A DNA stretch of 34,814 nt. Source: Cyanophora paradoxa CCMP329 (taxonomy: Eukaryota > Plantae > Glaucophyta). The notes under the pieces were generated by a model, which saw only the letters and a list, made by a program, of their open reading frames with translations, was not told the DNA's origin and searched no databases. Location of the stretch: the NCBI GenBank assembly GCA_004431415.1, contig QPMI01000354.1, positions 1 to 34,814 on the forward strand, written 5' to 3'. Made by a program: the position numbers and the translations under genes. Shown here in pieces: positions 12,647 to 23,506 of the stretch (position 1 is the first letter of the stretch; every line of letters starts with the position of its first letter).

Positions 12647-15600
12647 GTCGACGACGAACTCGGCGGAGACGGAGCGGCGGTAGGCGTCGACGACGCCCTT
12701 CACGAACGTCCCGAAGCGCGTCGCCTCGATCGACTGCGATGGAAGCGCGTCAGGTCAGCGGCGCCCCGTCTCGCACAACCCGCGGGGCGGGGCGCACGTG
12801 GGGCTCGCGGGCGGCGGCGGCGGCGGCCCCGGGGGCGCCGCCGCGCGTGAGGAGGGCGAGGCCGTCGGGGAAGGCGCGGTCGAACTCGCGGCAGATGTGC
12901 CTGCGCGGGGCCCGTGAGTGAGGCGCCGGGGGGGGGGCGTGGAGGGCGGGGGCGGGGGCGTGGGGCACCGGCGGCGGGCGGCGTCGGAGGCGACGGGGGC
13001 GGAGTGGAGGGCGCGGGGCCCGCCCCCGGCGAGGTGCTGGCGGCAGACCCCGAAGACGTAGGCGGGGGAGATCTTGCTCGAGAAGCGCGCCACGGTGCGC
13101 GCGATGAAGCCCTTCACCCGCTCCCCGTCCCCCCCTGCGCCCCCTCAGCCGGCGCCAGGCCGGGGGGGAGGGGGGCGCGGGCCCTCGGGGGCGGCGAGGT
13201 GGGCGACGGTGGTGAAGTCGGGGAACTCGCGCCGGAAGGCCTCCACGATGGCCACCTGCCGGTGGTACTCCTCCCCGTGCGCCCGCCGGTGCCCCGCCCC
13301 CATCATCGGCGCCCCCTCGCACGCCCAGCACGGCCCCTCGTCCAGCTGCCGCCGGTGCTGCAAGCGGGCCCGTCGGCGCCGCGGCGCGAGGACGAAGGAG
13401 AGCGGAGGGGGGCACCGAGTGGACGTGGCGGTTGTCGGCGTCGGTGTGCACCCGCACGCCGGGGCTCGGGCCGGCGGCCGCCCCGCTGGGGCCGGCCTCC
13501 CCGGCGCCGGCGCTCTCGGCGCCGGCGGCGAGGGCCTGGGCGACGGAGACGCCGAAGTCGCGGGCGCAGCCCTGGACGCCGGCGAGGCTGCGGAGCAGCT
13601 CGAGGCGCTCGGCGCGCGTCTTCAGCTGCCCGTCCAGGCGGCGCAGGAAGGCCTCCAGGCGGGTGCGGTCGAGGGCGCGGGCGCGGCGCAGCGCCCGCCG
13701 CTCCCCCTCCTCGTCGATCGCCATGCGGAGGATGCGGGCCGAGAGCTCGGGGGAGACCCCCAGCTCGGCCTCCGCCCTGAGGGAGCCTCGGCCTCGGGAG
13801 AGCTCAGAGAAAGAAGGGGGGGCGGACCAGGCGAGGAAGTCGTGGTAGGCGCCGCGCCACTCGGCGTCGGCGAGGCGCTTCGCGCGGGGGAAGGAGGCGC
13901 GGAACTCGCCCACGACGGTTTCCTGGGCGGGGTGGACGCGGGGCACGGGGGGCTCGGGCGGGGCCCAGCCGCCGCGGGCGCGGTCGAGGGCGAGCTTGAG
14001 GTAGTGGTCGAGGACGTAGTCGAAGCGGGCGGCGTCGGGCCCGCCGGGGCTCGTCCGCAGGCCCAGCTCCTTCAGCATGGACTCCCGGAAGCGGCCGTAC
14101 TGCGCGGGGCCGCCTCGCCAGGGGCCCGGCGAGGCGGCGGCGGGGAGGGGCGCACGGCCTCGGCGGGGGCGTCGGCGCGGGCGGCGGCCTCGGGGAAAAG
14201 GACGCGGAAGCGGCTCACGATCATCTTCTTCGCGAACTCTGCGAGGGCGTCGCCGCCACGGTCACGGTCGCGGTCGCGGGCGGGGCGGGGCGGGGCGGGG
14301 CGGAATCAAAGGAGCGCGCCGAGGTTGACGCCGGCGACGAAGGACTTGGTCTGCGGGGGCGATGAGACGAGGGCAGCGTGGGGGAGGGGCCTGGGGCGGG
14401 GCGGGGACCATCTCGCGGCACTGGCGGCGGCGGGCGGCGTCCTGCTCGGCGGCCTCCACCGCCTCCCGCTCCCGCACCACGTAGAGGGCCACCACCTGCG
14501 CCCCGCCCGCTCGGGGGCCGGCGGGGGCGCCTCGAGAGCGGGGGCGGGGCGCGCCTCGCGGACGTAGTCGGGGATGACGCGGACGCCGAGCTCCCCCAGG
14601 CGCTCGCACGCCCGCAGCGCGAAGTCACGCACGTGCGCCGCCCGTACCCCCAGGTCCACCCGCCGCACGATCTCCCCGTGCTCCATCGCGAACCACGCCG
14701 CGATCTGCCGCGGCGCCAGGTGGAGCCGCAGGATGCGGGCCACCTTGCGCGCCCCGCCCCGCCAGCCGACTGCGCGGCGCCTCGGTGCCGAGGGCGGGGC
14801 GTGGGCGTGGGCGGGGGGCGGGCGGACGGCGGTCGAGGAGGTCCTGGGCGAGGCACGCCTTGAAGGCCTCCCACTCCTCGAACTGCGCCCCGGCGCCCCC
14901 CGCCCGGAATCATCGACCGGCTCGAAGAAGGGGGCGGCTCGAAGCGCACGGGGACGGCGGCCTCGGGGTCGTGGCAGGCGGGCCCGTAGGTCTCCTCGTA
15001 GGCGGCGAGGACCTCGCGCACGGCGGCCTCCTCCTCGCGGCTGCGGGGCGCCAGCAGCGAGAGCGCCGCCTCGTCCCCGTTCCGCAGGAAGGTGTACACG
15101 TCCAGCCGCCTCAGGAACGCCTTCACCCGCTCCCGCTCCGCCGCCCGCCGCGGCCGCTCCTCCTCCGCCCTCGCCCGCTCCGCCAGCACCTCCTTGATCA
15201 CCTGCGGGGGGCCTCGGGCCGGCCCCGGGCGGCGGGGCGGCGGGGGCCGGGGCGCGGGCCTCGCGGGCGACGTCGTAGACGCGGGGGTCGTCGAGGGCGC
15301 CGATGTTCTCCGCGATCTCCTTCGCCGCCTGCTTGTACGCCTGCGCCGCCGCCCTCAGCGCCGCCCCCGGCCCCCGCGAGGCGCGACGGCGCGCCTTCTG
15401 CGGGTCGACGTCGCCCCCGGGGAGGGTCGAGAAGCCGACGGCGCGCTCGTAGGGGGGCCGCCCCATCTGCTCCCGCACGCCGGCCTCCCACTTCTTGACG
15501 GCGGCCGACTTGCGGCCCCGCGTGCGGTTGTGCCGCGCGATCGCCGCGTCGACGCGCTCCGAGAGGAACCGCGCCGCCCGCTCGGCCGCGGCGGGGGCCC

Positions 15601-18600
15601 CCGCCCGCCGCCGCCGCCGCTCGAAGAGGGAGTCGAGGAAGCGGACGAGGGGGGCGGCCCCGAGGCCCGTCTCGCGCCCGGCCCCGCCACGAAGCCGGCG
15701 AGCTCCTCGAGGGGCACCTCCAGCGCGCTGGCGGCCTGCCGGTTGCGGGCCAGCAGCGGCCGCGCGCAGGCGCGGAGCCAGCGGGCGAGGACCGCCTCCC
15801 GCACGACGAGGTGCACGCAGTGCGCCCCCGCCAGCGCCTCCGCCTCCGCCGCCCGCCCCCGCGACACCTCCGCCCACGTCATCGGCGGCGGCGGCGGCGG
15901 CGGCGGCACGAGAGGGCCGTCCAGCCGGCCGACGCGGCGGCCTCGGCGACGCGGCGGCGGACGCCGCGGAGGATGGCGGCGCGCCGCCGGGCGGCCTCCT
16001 CCTCGCGGGAGGGGCCGGCGGCGGCGGGGTCGGCCCCCGCGGCGGCGGCGGCCTCGGCGGCGCGGCGCTGCGCCTCGGCGGCCTCGAGCTCCGCCTCGGC
16101 CACCTTGACCGCCTCGTCGTAGCGCCCGCGGGCGGCCTCCCGCAGGGCGCGCTCGAGGGCGGCGGCCTGGGGCGGGGCGCACCGGAGCGCGGCCTTGGCG
16201 GCCTTGGCGCTCTGGAGGCGGCAGACGCGGAGGGCCTCGGCGGCCTCTGCGGCGCGCTCGTCGGCGGAGCGGAGGGCGGGGGCGCCCGGGCCGGCGAGGC
16301 CCATGGCGCGGGCGAGGCGGGCGCGGAAGGCGTCGTAGGCGGCGTCGGTGCGGCCGTCGGGGCCCTGCCACCAGCCGTACGCGTCCAGCACCAGGTGCTC
16401 CGCCTCCTCCAGCCCCGACGCCGCCTCCCCGGCCCCGAAGTCCCGCGGCAAGGGCGCCCCGGGGGGCAGCCCGTCCACCCAGCCCGCCTCCGCCGCCCAC
16501 GCGAAGTACGCGCTCGCCACGCGCGCCGCCTGCCGCGGCGCCAGGATCATCCGCGTCTTCTGCCCGAACCGCAGCGCCTCGCGCCCCGCGAAGAGCGGCC
16601 CGCACGCGGCGGGGCACGGCTCCAGCAGCGCCGCGCGCGGCTGCGCGCCGGCGGCCACGGCGCGGCGGCGGGAGCGGGCGAGGAAGGCGAGGAAGCGGGC
16701 GCGGGCCGCGGCCTTGGCCCAGCGCCGCGCGTTCCGCTCCTGCAGGCCCACCAGCTCCTCATGCACGACCGCTGCGCGATGGCCACTCAGCGCGCCGGCG
16801 CGAAACGCGGGGGCGGCGCGCGCACCGTCGACGAAGGCGTCGGTGCCCGGGTCGGCCTCGGGCCCGCCGAGGATGCGCCAGCAGGCGGCCGCCGCGCCGG
16901 CCCGCCACTCCGGGTACCCCGGCACGCCGTCCAGCTCCTCGGGGTCCACGTGCCAGGCGCCCTGCCGCGGGGCGCAGTGCCGGTGCACGCCCGACGCCGC
17001 CGTGCAAACGTGGTGCCCGCCCCGCGCCGCCCCGCCGCTCCCGCAGGCGGCCGGCCCGCCGGGGCCTCCGAGGCGGGCCAGCCGAGGGCGAGGAGGGCGC
17101 CGAGGAGGCGGCCGTCGGCCTCGAGGCGGGCGCGGACGGCGCGGCGGGCGAGGCCGAGGGCGACCGCCTCGTCCACGCGGCCGGGCGGCAGGTGCAGTAC
17201 GCCCCCGGCGAGCCGCACCAGCCCCGCGTACTTCTCCGGCCACGCCGCCCGGGCCGCCTCGCGCCGCGCCCCCGCCGCCGCCTCCTGCGCCTCCTCCGCC
17301 TGCTTCGCCAGCAGCACGCGCTGCCGCAGCTCCCGCGTTGACGTCGGCTCCCCGCTTGGCACCAGCGCCTCCGCCGCCTCCGCCGCCCGCTCCGCCGCCG
17401 CTGCCCGCTGCGCCGCCGCCTCCGCGAGGGCGCGCAGGGCCCCGCGGGGCTCGCGAGCCCCTCCGCCGCCTCCGCCCGTACCGCCGTCAGCGCCTCCCAC
17501 TCGCGCTCCGCCTCCGTGGGGGCGTCCTCGCCAGGGGCGCCGGCGGGGGCTCCTCGGGGAGGGCGGCGCGGGCGGTGGGCCCGACGAGGCGCTCGTAAAG
17601 GGCTGCGCAGGCGGCGAGCCGCTCGACGAGCTCCCCCGCCGCCCGCTCCGCCCGCGCCTCCCGCGTCTGCGTCGCCGCCCGCACCGTCCGCGCCGCCGGG
17701 AAGCTTGCCGCCCGCGGCGTCGCAGGCACCCGCGGCCCCGCCCCCGGCGCCGCGCCCCGCGCCCGGGCCCCGGCCTCCCTGAGGTAGAGCTGCGCGGCGC
17801 GGGCGGCTGCGGCGCGGGCCTCGAGCGGCGGCCCGGCCTCGGCCTCCCTCTTTGCCGCCGCCGCCGCCTCCCGCAGCTCGCGCTCCCGGTACACGCACCG
17901 CAGCGTCTCCGCTGCCGGCGCGTCGGCGCGGCGCGGCGGCGGATGCGCAGTCGGGGAGGCGCGGCAGCGCACCGTCGCAGATCTCGGGGGAGAGGAGGAC
18001 GGGGTACGCGCGCAGCAGGGCCGCGCGGAAGGCGGGGTACCCCGGCACGGCCTTGGGGAGGTCGGCGGGGTGCAGGCGCCACGCGCCGACGATGCGGCAG
18101 CGGTGCGGCTTGAGACAGCGGCGACAGTCGCCGCGGGCGTTGCCCCAGCGCCCGCTGTCGAAGGCCTCCGTCCCCGCCTTGAGGCACGGCTCCAGGACAG
18201 CCGCGCGGCCCGGTCCGCGCCGCAGGGACGACCAGATCAGGGTCTGCAGGAGCCGGAGCAGGACGGCCTGCGGGGCGGTCGGGCCGGCTCGGCCCCGGTG
18301 GGCCTGCCCGCGAGTCGCGAGGGCGCGCACCTCGTCAACCTGACGCTCGGAGAGGCGGCAGCGGCTGGCGACCTCGGCGCGCAGGTCGGAGAGCGCGGCG
18401 GCGGCCTCGTCCCGCGCCTCCTCGGGCCCGCGGAGCGCGCGCGCGGCCCGAAGGCAGCGCGCGAGGTGCTGCGCGGCGGTCTCGCCCTCGGCGGGCGGCA
18501 GACCCTCCGCCAGCACCGCCTCCGCCGCCTCCTCCTGCTTGGCCACGATCCTGCTCGCCATCTCCTGCCGCATCGCCTCCAGCGTCGGGCTTTTCCCCGT

Positions 18601-19064
18601 GCTCCTGTAGTCCAGCTGCCGGTGAGGCGCCTCCCAGAGCGCTGCGCCGCCTCTCTCAGAACGCGGCGCCGCCTCTCTCAGAGCGCGTACGCGCGGGCGC
18701 CGCGCCGCCGCACCCTCGGGGCACTCGGCCACACGGGCGGCGCTCTCCAGGTAGTGCAGGGCGGCAATGTGAGCGGCTCGGAAGACAGAGTAGCGCTCCT
18801 CGTCGAGCTTCTTGCTGCCGTCCTCACCGACGCCGGAGTGCCTATCCTGCTGCAGCTCCCGGACGAATGCATCCCAAAGCTTGCTGTCCTCGGCCGACTG
18901 CTCCAGGGCCTCGTCCCAGTCAACCGGAGATTGCCGGGGCTTCGGAGCCCCGGCGCTGGGCGCTGCGGACAGGTCAGGGACGAGCGCCGACCAACGCGCC
19001 AGGTATTTGTAGCTAAGCGCGAGGGACGTTCAGGAACGACATGACATCACGCACCGACCAGCAT
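12647..19064 (-). CDS. Large uncharacterised helical/coiled-coil coding region, likely the N-terminal half of the EML gene; start approximate
   Basis: Continuous chain of protein-like exons (e.g. VDWDEALEQSAEDSKLWDAFVRELQQ; MLKELGLRT..FDYVLDHYLKL; IEATRFGTFVKGVVDAYRRSVSAEFVVD) with typical introns and no AT-rich intergenic gap. Confidence 0.6.
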
Positions 19065-19183
19065 CGTGCTGTGCGGGCCGGTGCTCTCCAACCGCCCGTC
19101 CTTCTTTGTTTACAAACGCGTACCCCCTCAGAAGAGCAAAACTCAGCAAATTTCAGCAAAACCCAGCTCGAGAAGCACCAGAG
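19065..19183. promoter_or_regulatory. ~120-bp putative bidirectional promoter
   Basis: AT-richer spacer between divergent starts, with AGCAAA x3 at 19135-19160. Confidence 0.5.
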
Positions 19184-20845
19184 ATGCGCGTGAGCACGTG
19201 AAGATCTCTTATGAGGGAAGCGTCGCCACCGCCCCCTGCTGCACGCCCAGTCCGCACCTACGTGAAAAGAGGCGCGATAAACTGGGAGGATGGAAGTTAT
19301 TACGAGGGCCAGCTGAAGCTACCAGGCACCGCCCAGCCCCACGGCCAGGTCAGTCCCGCTTTAGCTACAGTCGGCTTGCTTAGCTATGCGTGGGAACCGC
19401 TAAGCTTTTCTGCGGCAGGGTGTGCTAGAGTTCCCGGATGGCCGGAAGTATGTGGGCGCTTTCGAGGACGGCGAGATGCACGGTGCGCGGGCCACCGAGC
19501 CTTCAAGGCCGAGCCCCGCCCTGCTGCCGGCGCACTGCAGCTCCTCTCGAGCTGAGCACCGCCGCGCAGGCAAGGGCGTCTTCACCTGGCCGAACGGAGG
19601 CAAGCTCGAGCCCGCCCCGCCCGCCCGCCCCGTCCTCCGCGTGCGGCGCTGACGCCGTGGCGCACCGCGCCTCGCTCGCAGACCGGTACGAGGGGATGTT
19701 CGAGAAGGGGGCGAAGCACGGCTACGGCGAGTGCTCCTACGCCAACGGGAGCCGCTACCGCGGCGACTGGGTCCAGAACAAGAAGCGCGCCCGCCCCGCC
19801 CGGCCCGCGCAGCGCGCCGCTGAGGCGTTACGGCGGGGCAGGACGGGCCAGGCGTCGATCACGTGGCCGAGCGGGATGCAGTACGACGGCGGGGTGCTGG
19901 AGGGCGCCCGCGACGGCCGCGGCACCTGCGCCTTCCCCTCCGGCTCCAAGGCCCGCCCACCCGCCCTTCCCACGCCCTCGCCCCCGCCCCGGGCGCGAGG
20001 CGCGGGGGCGGGCAGTACGCGGGGGAGTGGCGGGGGGACCGGATGAGCGGGCGCGGGCGCTTCGAGTTCCCGGACGGGCAGTCCTACGAGGGCTCCCTCT
20101 CCGACGGCGTGTGCGCCCCCCGCCCCGCCCCCGCCCCCGCCCCCGCCCCCGCCCCGCCGGCCCCGCCGAGCGCGGAAGGGCGGGGCCAGGTTCGAGGGCG
20201 AGGGCGCCTTCTCGTACGGGAACGGCTGCCGCTACGAGGGCGGCTGGCACGACGGCAAGAAGCACGGGCGCGGGCGCATGACCTGGCCCAACGGCATGCG
20301 GGTGAGCCCCCGCCCGCCTCGGCCCACCTTGTGTGCGCCCGACGCGGCCGGCCGGCGCAGTACGAAGGGGAGTGGAGCGAGGACGCGCCGCACGGGCAGG
20401 GCACGGTGACCTTCATGGGCGTCACGCGCGTCGTCTCGGGCGCCCTCGACGGTCCGCCGACGCTCCGCCCCGCCCCGCCCGAGCCGATGTCCCTCGCCCC
20501 CGCAGCCCCGAGCCAGCCGCAATGGTTCACGGCCACGGGGCTGCCCCCGGGGGAGGCCGGAGGTCCGGCCCCGCCGGCGCCCCGCCGGCCGCGGCAGAGG
20601 CCGGCGGGCGGGGCGGCGGCAGAGGTCCCGGCGCCCCACAGCCGGCAGAGGCAGAGGCAGAGGCTGGCGCGGGGCCGGGGCGGGGCGCGGCGAGGCGGCG
20701 GGGCGGGGCGCCGGCCGGACGGCAGCGGCCGGTCTTCGTGGCGCGGAAGCCCATCCCCCGGGACCCGCCCCCAGACACCGAGAACCCGTTCCTCGCCAAA
20801 GGTGACCCCCGCCTCCTCGGGATCGCAGGTTCCGCCGGATGCTGA
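19184..20845 (+). CDS. MORN-repeat protein, multi-exon
   Basis: Splicing yields about nine YxGxW/F..G..G.G MORN repeats. Introns: 19349-19418 (GT), 19483-19569 (GT), 19600-19681 (GC), 19785-19841 (GC), 19951-20015 (GC), 20111-20189 (GT), 20302-20360 (GT). Start is 19184 or 19211; the 3' end is uncertain (20845 or 20960). Confidence 0.85.
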
Positions 20846-21053
20846 CGTGCACCTGGCGGGGCCGCCGCACAGGGGGCGGGGTCCTTCCCATTTGGGACTA
20901 GCCCTAGCGCTCGGCGGCCAGCCAGAACAAGCGTTAGCTATAGCTAGTGCAGGTAGCTAGGCACATCGATATCAGCGCGCGCGGTACGTATACTGCCCGC
21001 GACTGGGAAAGAAGGCCTAGGCTCCCCCCTAGAAGGCTCTACCCCCCGCCGAC

Positions 21054-21151
21054 TGCGAACAGTGCGAAGTTGTGCGAACAGCTGCAGTGAAGTTGCGCTG
21101 TGCGAAGTTGTGCGAACTTGAGCTTTGTGCGAACTGAGCGCGAACTTCGCA
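21054..21151 (+). promoter_or_regulatory. Cluster of TGCGAA motifs directly upstream of the cathepsin ATG
   Basis: TGCGAA at 21054, 21063, 21073, 21101, 21111 and 21128, CGCGAA at 21139, and an inverted copy at 21146. Confidence 0.55.
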
Positions 21152-21164
21152 ACGTCGACGTCCA

Positions 21165-23061
21165 ATGCGGGCCGTCCTCGCTCTCCTCCTGCTCGCCGCG
21201 GCGGCCAGCGCTGTTCAGCCGGATCTTGGGTCCGAGCACGATTCTTCCACGCTGCAGCCCATTCCGCAGGCCGCCGGCTCGCTACGGTGGAAACAGATCG
21301 CCGATGAGGTGAACGGCAAGCAGCGCGCGTGGACAGCAGGGCCGTTGGCCGAGCGCTTCGCCGGCATGTCGCTGGAAGAGAGTGCGCGCACTCGAATCGC
21401 ACACGCGCCTTAAGCTTGCTGACGCGAATGCGTACGGGCGCTTAGTTCGGGCGCAGCTCAACGCCCGCGCCGACGACCCGCCTTCTGCGTACATGTCGAA
21501 GGGAGAGATCCCCATCAAAGAAGCGTACGCGCTGCAGGCCGACGACGACCTGCCCACTTCCTTCGACGGTTCGACCGCGCCGCTCTCCCGAGGCATATGC
21601 ATCTCGCGCGAGCTCTCCCTGATCCCCACGCACAGCCCGGAAAGTGTGGCCAGGGTGAATGAAGCGTCCGCAGGAGCAGGCTCTGCGCGGCTGAGCTCAC
21701 GGACAGGTCAATCCACGACATCCGCGACCAGGGCAGATGCGGGTCGTGCTGGGCGTTCGCCACAACAGAGGTCCTCAGCGATCGCTTCTCCATCGCCACG
21801 AACAACAGCGTCGACGTCGTGCTCAGCCCTGAGCATCTGCTCGCGTGCGATTGGCTGAAGTGCGTGCCGCGCTTGATCGGCGCCCTTCGCCGCTAATTTC
21901 TTGCCGTCAGTTTCGGGTGCGCCCTCGGGACGACCGCCGCCCCGTGTCCCCTGAGCTTTGCCTTCGCGGCGACGCGACTATAACACACCCCCCTCGGCAG
22001 GTGCCACGGCGGCTTCTACCCCACGGTAAGCCTGTCGCGCCCTGATTTGAACTGACCCATGCTTAACCGTCCTTCGGCGCGCAGGCCTGGTCCGCGCACC
22101 CGCAGCTCGCCGCCGCCAGCCGTGCGGCGCCGACGCGGAGGGGGCGCGTGGTGGGGGCGCAGGCTGTGGATCAAGGACCACGGGCTGGTGTCGGAGGAGT
22201 GCTTCCCGTACGTCTCGGGGGAGGACGGGGCGATGGTGAAGTGCCCCCGCGCCTGCTCCAACGGCGGCGACTTCACCCGCTACAAGTGCGCTCGCGCATC
22301 CCGAGGCTCCCGCGCGCGCATTCACCCGCGCCCTGGCGCCGCTCACGGCGCCGGCGCGGGCCAGGGCGCTGCATTGGTACCGTATCGGCAGTTGGTTCCA
22401 CCCGATCTCGCAGGAGATCATGATGCGGTGCGCGCGGAGCGCCGCCGCGGGCGCCGGCGCCTCTTTTCAGCTCCCGCGCATCGACGCGCGCCCCGCGCGC
22501 CCGCAGCGAGATCATGAACCACGGACCGATTGCCGGTGCGCCGGCTCGGCGCTGCGGCGCGCTGCGCCCGCTCGCCACTGACCCTCTGCCGCCAGCGATG
22601 TACGAGGTCTACGAGGACTTCCTCACGTGCGCCTGGACCCCGCGCCCCCCGCCCCTCGCCCCGCCTCCCCGCGTTCCTCTGAACGAGGGCGCGGCGCAGG
22701 TACAAGAGCGGGGTGTACGCGCACACGACCGGCGTCTTTGCCGGCCGCCACGCCATCAAGGCCCGTCCCGCCTCGCCCCGCCCGGCCCCGCCCCTCGCCG
22801 AGGGCGCCAGGCGGCGGGCAGATCATCGGGTGGGGCGAGGAGGGCGGGGTGAAGTACTGGCTGGTGGCGAACAGCTGGGGCAAGGCCTGGGGCGAGGCCG
22901 GCTTCTTCCGCATCCGCCGCGGCACCAACGAGTGCCAGATCGAGGGGTCCGTGCCCGATCCGCCGCCCTCGGGCCCGCCCCCGAGCCCACGCCTCGCCTC
23001 CCGCAGGCACGTCTACGGCGGCACGCCGAACCTGCAGGCGCTGCCTGCCGCCTCGGCATGA
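21165..23061 (+). CDS. Cathepsin B-like papain-family (C1A) cysteine protease, 14 exons
   Basis: Signal peptide, then [26 protein letters not shown] (catalytic Cys), GCHGG, GRHAIKIIGWG (His) and YWLVANSWG (Asn). Exons: 21165-21381, 21446-21568, 21636-21654, 21707-21859, 21911-21916, 22001-22025, 22085-22089, 22163-22285, 22365-22427, 22507-22535, 22596-22626, 22700-22760, 22822-22946, 23007-23061. These join in frame. Confidence 0.93.
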
Positions 23062-23506
23062 GCGAGCCCGGTGCCCGGTCCGCGCGCGGCCGAGACACTA
23101 GTACTCGACTTCGTTTCGGTGGGGGTCACGGGGTGTACAGTAGGGGGGTACTTCTGGTACCCGTACGCGTGGACATGTATCTGCAGTGCTGGCCCGCGGC
23201 CGTGGGGCGTGTATATTTCTGCGCTTGCTCGCCGCCCCCGGCGCGCACCGGCGCCTTGCTGCAGGCGCTGTACATGTTGCGCTATAGATGTAGACTGCGC
23301 TAGCGACGATGCTCTAGATCTGTTGTATTGTACTCGAGCTCAAATTCGAATCCTGACATTGTCCTTGAAAGTGTTTCCTGCACCTATCACTAGCACTAGC
23401 CTAGTAGATCAAATAACCTGTATTCGTATCGCAACTAGTAATAGGGGCCGAGGCCCTGAGGCCGCAAAAGCAAAATCGAGAAAGAGGGGAGCGCGCGGGG
23501 AGCTGG

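Noticed and set aside
5793-17900. Multiple in-exon frame changes suggesting a pseudogene or recoding
   Set aside because: Most appear to fall near G/C runs, consistent with sequencing or assembly indels; no independent sign of decay.
21054-21151. CRISPR-like short repeat array
   Set aside because: Repeats are only 6-9 bp, with no spacers of proper length, no cas genes, and a eukaryotic context.
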